Shown here: one piece after another, positions 38,269 through 51,985 of the stretch
Position numbering within the stretch: the first letter of the stretch is position 1
Layout: the number at the start of each line of letters is the position of its first letter
Assembly: GCF_001194135.2 (NCBI RefSeq)
Contig: NC_068982.1
Coordinates: 75,757,102 to 75,821,101, forward strand
Direction of reading: 5' to 3'
Origin: Octopus bimaculoides
Taxonomy: Eukaryota
Length of the DNA: 64,000 bases
The notes under the pieces: generated by a model
What the model was told of the DNA's origin: nothing
Seen by the model: the letters and a program-made list of their open reading frames with translations, nothing else
Database searches by the model: none
Made by a program: the position numbers and the translations under genes

Positions 38269-40890
38269 TTAAGGGCACAATGATAGGGTTTTAGCATGTA
38301 CCTAATTAACAATTATCAGTGAAAAAGAATGGAGGAATTGAATTACAACAGTTTTCCAAGAGCTTTCTAGATATTATAAGCTGATCTTGTAGAAAATTTA
38401 ATGAAGATATTTAGTTGTGCTTAATTTTGAAAGATATTCTTTACATTATAACTAAAACATTTAATAGTCTTTTAGTAAATGGCACACTGAATTAAGAAAA
38501 AGGAGTGAAGAAATTATTCTGCTCAATTTCCCATTTAAGAAATAAAAAATCTATTTGTGTGGAGTCTCAAAATAATCAAAACAGACAACTCAGAAAAATA
38601 ATTTGAGAGAAACTGAAAGCCAATGAGTTATAATCAAATTCAAAAAACAATTTAAAAGATCATAATGTAGCAACTATTTCATTCCCTTTATTATATACAC
38701 CTTGCGCGCGCGCGTGCGTGCGTGCGTGCGTGTGTGTAAAATCAAAATTTCCTGAAAACAAATCTATAAAAATGAACTTATTATTGTTAAATTTATTTTA
38801 TATAAAAATAGGATATTACAGAATTTGTTCTGTGCTGCCCAATATTTGCTGCATGAAGGTTTGCAACATTTTTCTCTCTATAGTTATATAGTAGAATGAG
38901 AAGCAATTAAGATAGTGAAATCAGGAGCCTCAAGAGTATAAACTAAGAGGCTGGAAGCATCTGAATAAGTAAAATGGCTCTGACTTGTTTAGCTAATTAG
39001 TTAATTAACAAAGGTGCTAATCACACTGATTAGCAATTCTGTGCTATTATTAACTGCTATAAAGACAAGGAAAACATGCATGAATGTGTGTGAGATGGGG
39101 GAACCACATAGAAAGAGTAAATTTAATAGGCCAGGTAATAAAGTTAGTGAGAATAATAGCAGCATAGTTGCTATTGTTGTGTAGCACACCATAAAACTGT
39201 ACTTAAGTAAATCTATAATACAGACAATGATCTGTTAAGGAACTACTAGCAATTTTAGCATCATAATGTATATGCATGCAATTGTACAATATTCAAGATG
39301 GTAGTTTAGTTAGGTTAAGCATCAATATTTAATCTGTTCTAACAGTGATCATGCCATCCTTATTAAGAGTATATTATTTTAGGATTTAAAATTTAAGAAC
39401 ACAGGGTCTTCATTTTAAAGATACTAGGAAGTAACTGCAATACTGACCCTAGTAGGCAACTATATAGATACTCCATCAACTTTATAATAGGATTGTGTGA
39501 AGTGAGTATTATATAGGAGGGGTTGTAATGCAAACTGCTACAGAATATGGCAGCAGAGGGGTATCCAGGTGCCATGACCTGCAGATGGCCTGGCCTCTCA
39601 GAGTGTAAGAAGTTAATTAAGGGCTGAAACACTTGCATAAGGTGGGGCTTCTTCTCTGAAGACCTGCTGTTCAGCTCTCCCTAGAGTTTCTTCCTACCCA
39701 AGATCTATTCTACAATACTGAATCACTTTTTTTTTTTCTTTTTCTTCTTTTTTTTTGTTAATAACATGAATCGTAAAGCAACAGTTAGCTAGGCAGATTG
39801 AGCCAAAAAGATGTCATACTTAGGAACACAGATATTCTTTCTGAAATAACTTATTTTGAAGTGAAAATTTTACTTTTCTTTATCGCATTAGGTGAAACTT
39901 GTAGAATTTAAACTCAAAAATTTTGTGTCAGATGTTGACTCCAAAACTAATTAACTTTCTTGTATCAGTGCCATTTTACAACCACTTTCTCTGCTGGCAT
40001 GGGTTGGAAGGATCATTACAAGCTGAGTTACCTTGCATTGGGAACTACTGGTGCTCATACAGACAATTTAGTTTGATTTTTATAGCTGGGTGCCTTTCCT
40101 ATCACTTTACAGTGAGTACTGGATGCATTTTCTTGTAGAACACTAGTAGAGGTTGAATAGTCCTTAGTGAAACATCACAACACTATAATTTCACTGTTTT
40201 TAGCCACTGAAACTGAAAATGCAGAACATCACACTACACAATAAATGTAAATACAGAGAGCAATCAGTGACCTACAGTGTGTAGACCAAGATGGAAAAGA
40301 ACAGGGGGAACAATGAGCACAGAAATTGGTATTTGAGAAAGGAGATAGAGGCATAAATGTAAGTGTTGAAAGTGCTCAATAACCTAGGGAATGAATATTT
40401 GCTCAGGTGAAGAGAGAGAGAGAGAGAGCAATGACATCAGAAAGACCAGAATTGGTAGGAGGGTGGAAAAAATAAGAGAATGATGGGAAGGAGGCAGGAA
40501 TATATAAGGATGGTGTTAGGTGGACAGTGGGTGATAAGATGGCAGCATGAGGAGATTGAGAGGTGGTTTAAAGGAGAGTATGTGCTGGCTGATAGCACAA
40601 CAGGATGAAGTTATTGAGTATACAGAAGGAAGTGTGCATGTATATATAGGTGTGTGTGTATGNNNNNNNNNNTGGTTTAAAGGAGAGTATGTGCTGGCTG
40701 ATAGCACAACAGGATGAAGTTATTGAGTATACAGAAGGAAGTGTGCATGTATATATAGGTGTGTGTGTATGTATATGTGTGTGCATATAAACACAAAAGA
40801 ATGAAGAATTATACATTTTTAATTAGCTTGTAATATAGTAATCATGCATATTAACCAATCTCATATTTGATTGAAAAAGAAAATAATAAT

Positions 40891-41954
40891 AACAAGACTA
40901 CTCAGAGAGTGCAAACCTCTGCCAAAGCAACACCACCATCCTCTCAATGATTAGCTGGAGATGATTTCTGAAATGAGAATATCTGAAATAAACTCAGCTG
41001 CGCTCATAAACAAGAATACTAGAAATGAACCTGACCACTCTCAAAAATTAAACAAAAAAAATGGAAAAATAATCCAGAATCCTTGTCCGGTACCTGATCG
41101 ATCCCCCTTGTAGTCATGGAATGTGAAGGTGGGTGTGTGGCCATGTTTGTAATGGTGTGTGTGTGTGTGAAGTCTGCAGTGAGAACAGGGACAGTTTTCT
41201 CTATGAAGGCTTTTTTAGTCTATCCACTGATATAGTGTCTTTACAACCATTAAAGTCTATAGTGAAAACTTTATTCGTGTATGAAAGAAAACAGAAAGGA
41301 CCTGCATACAGTGCTATTAATGGAGGTTTAACAACATCATTGCACACAAAAAAGCAAGTCCAAGAAGTAAAGCTTCCTTCAAGGCAGGGCTAGAAATGCA
41401 ATTGTCAAGTAGGTAAAAGGTTTTAAACAGGAGTGATATATTCAAAATTGGTAAATCTAAAAATTGTCGAGGGTAAATTAAATTCATTATTGTTACTGAA
41501 TATGTTAGTGTTATTTAATTTTGGAACAGTTTTGCTGCCATTTGTTTATGTAATTTGATTTCTTTATCCATCAGTTTCTACTAAGATATGCGAGTAAAAT
41601 TAATAATAGAAAAATGAAAATACAGCTTTGGAAACAGTAATGCTGCCATAGCTTATATGGAAACCATGAGCATGCTTTCAAGGGAGATAATTAGAGAAAG
41701 ACTTGAAAGTGAACCTAAGGCCATAATACTTCATATGAAGTAAAGTAAATATAACAAATAATCCAGAATCCTTGTCCGGTACCGAATTGATCCCAAACTC
41801 TAATCAGTTTGTGCTAGTCACGAAGCCAAACATCCCTGAAAGTTTCATCCGAATCCATCCAGCAGTTCTTGAGATATCTTATCCACAGACAAAAACAAAC
41901 AAACAAACATGACTGGAAACAATACCTCCGCCTTTGCTAAAGTAGACGTAATAA
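40891..41954 (+). mobile_element. Helentron-like non-autonomous element (HINE-type), split or dimeric
   Basis: 5' end AACAAG... with subterminal AAACCTCTGCCAAAG; 3' end TACCTCCGCCTT-TGCT-AAAGTAGACGTA (decayed hairpin) followed by ATAA. The 26-bp segment ATAATCCAGAATCCTTGTCCGGTACC is duplicated at 41069 and 41758. Confidence 0.5.
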
Positions 41955-41964
41955 GGGAAGAAGT

Positions 41965-42810
41965 AGCAATGATGATAATAACCCTTTCTACTAAAGGCAC
42001 AAGACCTGAAATTTTGGGAGAGGGGACTAGTCAGTTATATTGATCCCAGTGTTTCACTGGTACTTTATTTATCAACCCGGAAAGGATGAAAGGCAAAGTT
42101 AACCTTGGCCGAATTTGAACTCAGAACGTACAGGTGGATGAAATTCCACTAAGTATTTATTCTGGCATGCTAATGATTCTGCCAACTCACCACCTTAATA
42201 ATAATAATAATAGTTTCAAATTTTTCCACAAGGGCAGCAATTTTGAGGGAGGGGATAAGTCAATTTCATCGACCCCAATGTTTCACTAGTACTTATTTTA
42301 TTGACCCAGAAAGGATGAAAGGTAAAGTCAACCTCAATGGAATTTGAACTCGGAACGTAGCGACAGGTGAAGTACTGCTAAGCATTTTGTCCAGTGTGCT
42401 AACGATTCTGCCAGCTCGCTGCCTTAATGACGACGGCAGTGGTGACAACAATGACAACAATAATGGTTTCAAATTCTGGCACAAGGCCAGTAGGTTTTAG
42501 GAAGGGACTAAGTCAATTAAATCAACCCCAATGTTCAACTAGTATTTATTTTATCAACCCCGAGAGGATGAAAGGCAAAGTCAACCTAGGTGGAATTTTA
42601 ACTCAGAATATGCAGATGGACGAAATGCCACTAAGTATTTATCCTGCTGTGCTAACAATTCTGCCAACTGACCACCTTGATAATAATAATAATCCTTTCT
42701 TCTGATGACACAATGCTTGAAATTTTGGGGAAGGGAACTAGTCGATTAGAATGACTCCGAAAGGATGAAAGACAAGGTCGACTTTGGTAGAATTTGAACT
42801 CAGAACGACG
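41965..42810 (-). mobile_element. Tandem array of ~4 family B SINEs
   Basis: Four GGATGAAAG/AATTTGAACTC units separated by AAT-rich spacers. Confidence 0.82.
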
Positions 42811-42960
42811 ACGACGAAGATGAAGACGAAGAAGAAGAAGAAGAAGAAGAAGAAGAAGAAGAACAACAACAACAACAACAACAACAGTTGTGGAAATGGT
42901 AATAATAATTATAACAATAATTATAATAACAATAATATTAGGAACAATAGTGATGATAAC
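42805..42960. repeat. Compound trinucleotide microsatellite (ACG)n-(AAG)n-(AAC)n-(AAT)n
   Basis: Directly visible; begins inside the last SINE copy. Confidence 0.95.
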
Positions 42961-43380
42961 CTAGGGTTCTACATAATAAATCCAAAATGACCAGCCTGAA
43001 TTGGGAAAACATATATCAGCTGAATCATATATTAATACAAAAAAGATTTCTAGCTCAACATCTAATATTGATAACAGATGAAATGTGAACTTTTCTGACA
43101 AAATATCTCTCAATAATAGGATTAACCACTTATAGAATTGTAAAAATCATCTAAAATGTCCATTATAAAACCAAACTTAGTTTATAAATGTTCAATAACA
43201 ACAGGGGAATGTACTTATTATTGTATAAAGACTTGTGCAACTAATTTTAAGTTGAATTGATATCACATTTCTTTGTTTAGACATAGTACAAAAAAAAAAA
43301 ACTTCACTTATTTAAGTAAATTTGTATAATGGTGGGAAATTAAAATGTAACTTATACCTAAGAAATTCTACTTACCCTTA

Positions 43381-43763
43381 CATCATCATCATTTAGCATC
43401 GGCTTTCTATGCTGGCATGGGTTAGACAATTTGACTGAAACTGGTAAGCTGGAGAGCTGCACCAAGTTCCAGTCTGATTTGGCATGGTTTCTATGGCTGG
43501 ATGCCTTTCCTAACACCAACCACTCTAAGAGTGTAATGGGTGCTTTTTACATACCACCAGTGCAGACACTTCAATATGACACTGGCACAAGTGCCAGTTA
43601 TGTAACACCAGCATCAGCCACAGCTATGATTTCACTTGGCTTGATGGGTCCTCTCAAGCACAGCATATTGCCAAAGGTCTTGTCTTGGTCACTTGTCATC
43701 ACCTCCATGAGGCCCAACGTTCGAAGATCATGCTTCACCACCTTGTCCCATGTCTTCCTGGGA
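43381..43763 (-). mobile_element. RTE LINE 3' fragment
   Basis: (CAT)n tail, the 3'UTR, and the reverse complement of the PRKTWDKVVKHDLRTLGL coding segment. Confidence 0.85.
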
Positions 43764-43904
43764 GATGGATGGGGGCATGTGGCTATGAAGGTCTTTAAAA
43801 TGAAAACAAATACATGTAAAAAAAATCAGGTAATTATAACTTTCCCAAATTCATCTTTCAATAATCCATCACTTCAATCATCATACTCAAATGAAATTCA
43901 CAAT

Positions 43905-44300
43905 AGTATTTGCGTGGTTGAAAAGCTTGTTTCCCAGTTGAGTGGTCTTGGGTTCAGTCCCATTGCATAACATCTAGGATAAGTGTCTTCTATAATAGCT
44001 TCAGGTCAACCAGAGCCTTGTGAGTGGATCTGGCAGATGGAAACTGAAAGAAGTCTATCGTGTGTGTATGTACCCTTGTCTAGACATCACATGATGGTTG
44101 TAAATAAGCATCATCACCATACAAGTGAGGTTGTTTGTTTTCAGTCTTCTGTGTAAAACATGTCTAGCTGTGAGAAAATATTACCTTGCTAGGGAACATG
44201 TGAGGTTTCACAACAAGATATCTGACTGCAGAAAATTTGCCTCAGCAAATTTTATCATCACATGCAAGTATGGAAAAGTGGACATCAAATGATGATGATG
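43905..44300 (+). mobile_element. SINE family A, full-length copy
   Basis: GGGTTCAGTCCC B-box-like motif; ends GGAAAAGTGGACATCAAATGATGATGATG. Confidence 0.75.
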
Positions 44301-45811
44301 GTCAATAACTATTCTATGAGCAACAACTAACTTCAAATTCTTCAAACCATCAATCACATAACCTGCATTCTTTTCCATTCCAAGACAGAAAAATTATTAT
44401 GAATAAACTTTTAGAACATAAAATAGGTATCACTATAGAGTGCCGTACAATGGAGACAAGAACAGTTTGAACAGAAAATCACACCTTTTGTTTCATCATT
44501 TTCATGTCAAAATAATTTTTTCCCATGGAAAATTATATACCATTTGAAAATTCTGGATGTGAACTTTCTTATATAGTTTTGATTAAAATCTGACAGTTAC
44601 ATATCATGTCAAGGTCCCTCAAACAACCGGGTAATTCCACACATCTACAATGTTTGTTCGTTTTTTTGGACAGCCGAACAGTAGCCCCTGTTCTAGTTCA
44701 ATGAGCTGGAGTTGTGTTGAAAATCATACAGTCATGAAGAGGAATGCTTTTGCCTTATTTTAATATAAATATTGATGGGGGTAGGTCAGATAATCATTAC
44801 AAAATATATAAGTGAAAATTTTATCATTAATTTTCACCTTGAAAAGAACATATTTTCAAGATTTTTATATCATAAGAAAAATAAATTGCTCGAGAATTCA
44901 ATATGGTCGTTGCTGAATCCAGCCACAATTTGGCGAAAAAGCACACCGTCAGTAAAAACCCTACTTGCCAAACTGACATATCTGCATGTGGCAATAGGTC
45001 AAATGGAATACTAATTCAAAGCTTCAAATATCAAGTTTGAGCAAAAATTTCAAGAAATGGACAAGCTACTTTCTAAGTAAACATATATTTCTACGGGAAA
45101 AAAAAAAAGGAAAAAAAAAGCACTAAATTGAGCCCAAACTTAGCATGTCATATTAAGAATGTTATTTATTTCCTCTTGCTGCTTTAACAGTGTGTGGAGA
45201 GCTGCTAAGCAAACCTAGCAGATATCCTTGTACATGTAAAATTTTGTTTTCTTTTGAGAAATATTGGTTAAAGTTTGCCAATAAAAAATACATTCCTTCC
45301 TCTCTGTCAAGAGACACAAGCACTTACACACACACACACACAAACAGAAACTTCTGCTTACCAAATTCAATCACAAGGCTTCGGTTGGCTCAAGGTTATA
45401 GAAGACACTTGCTCAAGGTGCCACACAGTGGGACTGAACCTGAAACCATGTGGCCAGAAAGCAAACTTTCTAACCACAGAACCATGCCTGCACCTACAAT
45501 GTGCAATGAACATAATACTGAAAACTATTAGTCAAATGTAATTTTTTTTTCTGATTTTGAATATAGTCAGATAATTTATGTTATTGTTTACATATTTGTT
45601 TTAAGTTTGTTTTGTCTTTCCTCTCTCTCCTACTTACAAATTTGCTGTAACTGACATGTTTTTAATGTCTTATGCTTAAAGCAAGGAATTAATTTTCACA
45701 TTTTGTTTATTTTTTTACTCTAGGTCTGCATATGCAATTCTGAGATGGTCGTGGGATGTGCTAGAAACAACAGCTAAATCTCCCTTAAATCACACATCTT
45801 TTCATTTGAAA

Positions 45812-46222
45812 ATCATCATCGTTATTTAACATGTTTTCCATGCTGGCATGGGTTGGATGTTTGACTGAGGTCTGGAAAGCTAGCAGCTGTACCAGGCTCC
45901 AATCTGATCTGGCAATGTTTCTACAGCTGGATGCCCTTCCTAATGCCAACCACTTTGAGGGTGTAGTGGGTAGTTTTTACGTGCCACCAGCACAGGAGCC
46001 AGTCAGGTGGGCCTCGCATCAATTGCGTTCAGATAGTGCTTTTTATGTACCACCAGCACAGGGGTCAGTCAGGGGGTACTAGCATCAGCCACATTCAGAT
46101 GGTGCTTTTTACGTGTCACCGACATGGGAGCCAGTCAGGGGACACTGGCCACAGCTACGATATTGGTTTTACTTGACTCAACAGGTCTTCTCAAACATAT
46201 CATATCGCCCGATGCATCAGGG
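45812..46222 (-). mobile_element. RTE LINE 3'UTR fragment
   Basis: Tail, then CTACAGCTGGATGCCCTTCCTAA and the subrepeats. Confidence 0.82.
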
Positions 46223-47523
46223 CTGGCAATCTCACTTTAGTTGCTAGGTGGCCAAAATCAGTCCAGGGGAGAGGGAGAGAAGGAGAGGGGAAAGGGAATC
46301 AAATTTTCAAAAAATTATTTTCATAAAAAGCTTACCTCCATTTCCAGAACTGTGACTGGAAAAACAAAAAATGTAAAGATCCTGTCAAAACGGAGAAAAT
46401 CTAACTTATGTTGGCATCCCAATCCAAAACTGTCATGTTCCAAAATCTCAGGATTTATTTAGTTCTATACCAACTACAAATGTGCCAAAACTCAAGTCCC
46501 TGTAGCTTGTACTTTTGGATTTAGCTAGGTCTGAAAATACTGCAAAATTGACTGACATGTAACAAAATAGGCTTTATTTTAAAAATTGCCAAAAACAAAT
46601 TTTCTTTCCAAGAACCTGGAAAAAACAATAGGCAACTACTATACTAAGGTACTATTAATTCGTATAATTTGAAGATGATTATCACCTCACTTTCAAAGAT
46701 ATGACATTGTTGTATTTCCTAAAATATTCCATCTAAATTTCACAAATGAGGAATCAAATGTTTCTTTTTGAGTGTTCTCCAAGAAAAAGTACAGTAGAAA
46801 TTACATTTAAATATTTTCAAAATTCATAGTGATACCTACATAAAGAGGAGTCCCCCCCCCCCCGTACTTCTTAAGCTTTATATTCAGAACTTGTCATTAC
46901 TGGTTGCTATGCAGCTGGATAACAACCTAGTCAAGATGAAATAGATCCTTCTACAATGATCACATTGATATGCTCAACAACATCCTGTTTATTTTCCTTG
47001 ATACAAATTTTAATTGTATCTTTCACACACACACTCACTCTCGCTCAATAACAACCTGTCATTATAATGAAAGACTTACTTTAAATCTCTATTTTAAATC
47101 TATATGTTGAAAGACATATAGAAATTCATACACACAAAAATAACCAAAAAGATTACATGTATTACACACACACACTTATTCTTTTTTTTTTTAAGTATGT
47201 GTTGCGTTGTGTGATAGACTTGCACTTAAAATTCTGTTTTTAACCAAAATTCATCACCATGGTGACAACACTATCTATCTATCTCACACACACACACACA
47301 CACACACTTTCTCTCAAGAACTTTTTCTCCTCACTTTCTAAATAAAGACACAGAAACACACACAAACAGCCAAAAAGATAACTATATTATACACACATAC
47401 ACACATATATAGTTACTTTTTTTTTTGAAGTCTGTGTTGCATCGTGTTGACAGATTTGCACTTAAAATCCCTGCATTTCTAATCAAAACTTCTTAGTTAC
47501 AACACTACCTACCTACCTACCTT

Positions 47524-47564
<41 letters not shown>

Positions 47565-49591
47565 CTCTCTCTCACTGTATTTGTCTCTCAACCTTTTCTC
47601 TTCCCCTTATGAAATGTTGTGATGGGCAGACATGGAGATCAGTTTCTCTTTTATAAGATGTACAACCAATAAACCAACAGGTCTACAACATATAATGAGA
47701 CCTTCATTGAAATAAACAACAAATTATTACTTTGTGTTGACCAAAGCCCCTGGAGCTACTGACAATACAAGCAACCCCAAAATGCTATGAACTATTGTGT
47801 GTGGGTCACTGAGAAAAAACACATTAGATACATACAAGATATGAACACATTGGTTTGAAAAGATGCTTGTTGATAAAAAGTTTGCACTGTCACAAGTTCT
47901 AAGGTATCAGTCTGTTGCAGGGTTACTCATTTACAGCTGAGTGAACTGGAGTAGTGTAAAATGAAGTGTTTTCCTCAAGAACACAATGCACCACCAGGTC
48001 CTGGAATCTAAACCACAATCCTGTTATCATGAGTGCAACATGCTAACCACTAGGCCACACGTCTTCACTTACTCATTGATAAAGTTGGTGGTAATATAGT
48101 CAAGGATGAAGAAAATTAAACTTCATAGAATAACATATTATGAAGTATATATGACAAAAGAAATGCACTTAGCATAGAAAAATGATATAATGATGCTCAA
48201 AGGATGATATCTTGTTTCAGAAAGCTAAGAAAATATATATAAATTTTAACAGATATGAAAGCTAAAATTATTTCTATGCAATTATAAAACAGAGTAAAGA
48301 ACAGAAAAAAGAAAATGTACAAAGAGCACCAACTCCTATCACAACCAAATTTTTCATTATGCAAGCATTTCAATATGCCTTTATTTCTTAACTGATAACT
48401 GGTACTGTGTTACACCTAAACTGCTATGTCTTCTACCATGGAATGGCCTCAACAAGATCTTCATAAGTCCTTTCTCTTTGAATCAACAAGTAATAAAATC
48501 TTGCTATGTTACACACCTCTCCAAGTATATATACTTTTTGTCTTTATCTCAAATTTACAAAAAGAACAACAATAAAAGAGAAAAAAAATTACATTTTCTG
48601 GAGCCACCCTATCTTAATCTAACATTATATGGCAGTCTCCTACATGGCTAAATATTTTCTGATTCAGATAGCATATAAATTCCAGATTTGTAAGTAGACA
48701 TCAAAAATACATGAATATGAAAACGACCATAACTAACAACAAAAGTTTTGCAAACATTTAGAGAATCAAGAATATGTAAGGGGGAGGGGATTTCTACTGA
48801 TGAATGAATATACGCTAAAAATGGAAAAGTTATCATTTTCAGAATCTAGAGTATTTTGTTTTAGGAACTTATTACAAGATTGTTATCAAGTGCATGGATA
48901 TGCTTTGTTTTATTTAGACATGTATGATAGCATCTCTAAGTGGATAGGGAGAAAAAAACACAACACAAGCTATTATTACTATTAGAAAAGTCACTAGTAG
49001 TAGCATTATCAATAATTAATGAGTAGTAAGAATGCTGAAACGAAGAAATGAAATGAAATCAAGAGCAATACCAAGCTGAAGAGAACAAAATCATAAAAAT
49101 GCTTTACATTTTTGTATTGTTGTAAGCAGGTTTACCATAAATGGTCTTTCAGTGTGTTGTTTCTAGTTTCAGCATCTACAGATAATCAAAGTAAAAGTTG
49201 TATTTATGCCAACCAGTCCTCCTTTTTTAAATAAAAAATGTTCACTACTTAAAATATATTCAACAGTTAACTTTAAATAAATGAATTGTTTCTTGAAGAA
49301 AAACTTCTGAATTTGGTGATCAAAAGTTAATATTGTGTAGAGAAAAACCATTACTCTAATTTCTAAATTGAATATATTGCTAGTTTTTTTTTTTTTTTTT
49401 TTTTTTTNNNNNNNNNNNNNNNNNNNNNNNNNNNNNNNNNNNNNNNNNNNNNNNNNNNNNNNNNNNNNNNNNNNNNNNNNNNNNNNNNNNNNNNNNNNNN
49501 NNNNNNNNNNNNNNNNNNNNNNNNNNNNNNNNNNNNNNNNNNNNNNNNNNNNNNNNNNNNNNNNNNNNNNNNNNNNNNNNNNNNNNNNNNN

Positions 49592-49628
<37 letters not shown>

Positions 49629-50389
49629 CAAAATTACAAAATGGGACAAGAATGCAAAACATCCAGACAGTTAGGTGATACAAGAAAGGGACAACAAAAC
49701 ATCCAGACACACACACAAACATATATATACATACACACCGCACACGCACACACATACACATACAGAAATATGTGTGTGTGTGTGTGTGTAGTCTTGTCTT
49801 AAAACATGATATTGTAAGCAAACCAGCAATACTGCTTATTTCCAGTTTTCCAAGAAAAACAAGTCAGGCTATGGGCAAACATTAACTTGCTTGGAAAGAG
49901 GTGAGGGCTGGAAGCAGGAAGAGCAGCCAGCTGTAGAAAATGCCTCAACAAACTCCATCTAACCCATGCAAGCATGGAAAAGTTGATCCAAAACAATGAT
50001 GATGATACAGTTTAGTATTAATATTAAGAAAGGTTAGTGTCTGTTTACAGTCAGTCCATATCTACAAGGATTTGACTGAAATATATGTTATTGTACTAAA
50101 ATGACCAGATGTAAAAATAATCACAATTTTAACAAAAGCAAACATTCTTTTTTATGATTTCATGTCTCAAAAATGATTCTTTGGTTGTTTATCATTGAAT
50201 CAGGAAACTTAGAAAATATTTATTTTATTTTGGTAGCTTTGCTTTAAAAGATTCCGGAGTATGTTGACAGAGTTTGAAAACTGGATAAATAAAGAGATTA
50301 AAATGTGTTTTTACAATCTCAAACTACTAGTTAAGTCTTTGATGATATATACAATTTTCATTGAATTCAATATAAGCTCATTCTCTTCA

Positions 50390-50436
<47 letters not shown>

Positions 50437-50514
50437 TAAGTAAATGAACTAATATAATATCAAATATGTAGTCTGCATTATGTTTCTATATATTTATTGC
50501 TTGTTAATATATTT

Positions 50515-50913
50515 GTGACAGTCGTGGTTAGAAATTTGCCTTACTACCTCATAGTTTCAGGTTCAATTTCAACTGTGTGGCACCTTGGCAAGGGTCTTCC
50601 ATTATAGCCCTGATTTGGCCAAAGCTTTGTGACTGGATCTTGTAGAAAGACTGGAAGAAGCCTGTTGTGTGTATGTGTATCTGTTTTACTGTCTCTTTGC
50701 CTTCAAGTGATAGTTGTAAGTGAGCATCACCATCATATGTCTTTTGTTTCCAATCTTCCATGAAAAAACATCTGACCATGGGGAAATATTACTTTGCTCA
50801 GAAACAGGTGAGGGTTGGCCACAAGAAAGACACCCACCTCAACAAATTTCAATCAATGCAAGAAATCATCATTTTAACATCCACTTGGGAAAAGAGGATG
50901 TTAAAATGATGAT
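50515..50913 (+). mobile_element. SINE family A, full-length copy
   Basis: GGCACCTTGGCAAG centre and a 3' tail ending GGATGTTAAAATGATGAT. Confidence 0.72.
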
Positions 50914-51638
50914 TCTCAGTAAGTTTAATAGATTAATTTGCTACATATTTATTTGGAGAATTTAGTAAATATAAGTTGATAACTACAGCATGTGTGTGTG
51001 TATGTAAATGTGTAGTGTTTGGTAGTAAAAATTGTTAGAAATTAATGTTTTATATATATATATATGTAATTTACTTGAGTTGATAATAAATCAAATGTTT
51101 TATCAGAAAACAAATCAACACAATATCTATATTCATAAATTGAATAATTAATTAAAAATAATTCAAATTTGATTTAGAAACACTTTCTGACAATTGCAAT
51201 AGGGTTCAGAAAAACATGATTTATTTATTTATTTAAATCATTTCTTCACATAGGCACAGGTACTATTGTGTGGGGAAAGAGCTCATTTTGCAACCATAAG
51301 GTTTTGAGTTCAGTTCTACTGCATGGCATTTTGGGCAAGTGTCTTTGATAGATAGAAACCATGTGGAACTTGAAAGAAACCATGTGAATTTGATAGATAG
51401 AAACCATGTGTGCATGTCTTTGTGTACGTGTCATATTCCACCACCACTTCTCAATCTATTGTGTTTTGTTTACGTCCCAGCAAAAGTATGGTAAAAGAGA
51501 CTTATAGAGTAAGTACCACACTTAGAAAAAAGAAGTACTAAGGGTGGTTTATTTGACTTAAACCCTTTGAAGCAATGCCTCAATATCACTACAGTCCAAT
51601 GACAAAGAAATAAAAGAATAAAAGAACACAAAACCAAT

Positions 51639-51727
<89 letters not shown>

Positions 51728-51837
51728 TCTCATAAATCATGTGTATTTATTATATATAGATATATACAAATATAAAAATACTCATAGACCCTATACATAT
51801 ATATTCTCATATATATCTATATATATGAGAGGTATTG

Positions 51838-51985
51838 GTATATATAAAGCTGAGAATGTGTCTGTCTGTCTGAGTGTGTATATGTGCATCACTAAAACTC
51901 GAGAACTACCCAATGGATTTCATTCAAATTTTACACATGCCTTACTTAGGGTCCATGCAGTGTCAGGAGCCAAGAAAATGTTCAA
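51838..51985 (+). mobile_element. Possible 5' fragment of a non-autonomous Helitron
   Basis: TATATATAAAGCTGAG followed by (TGTC)n and GGATTTCATTCAAATTTTACAC, a layout typical of Helitron 5' ends. No convincing 3' hairpin-CTAG was found. Confidence 0.33.

Noticed and set aside
40564-40771. Perfect 99-bp tandem duplication
   Set aside because: The identical copies flank a 10-N gap, typical of an unmerged contig overlap.
42784-42990. Poly-Lys/poly-Asn ORF
   Set aside because: Translation of the compound trinucleotide microsatellite.
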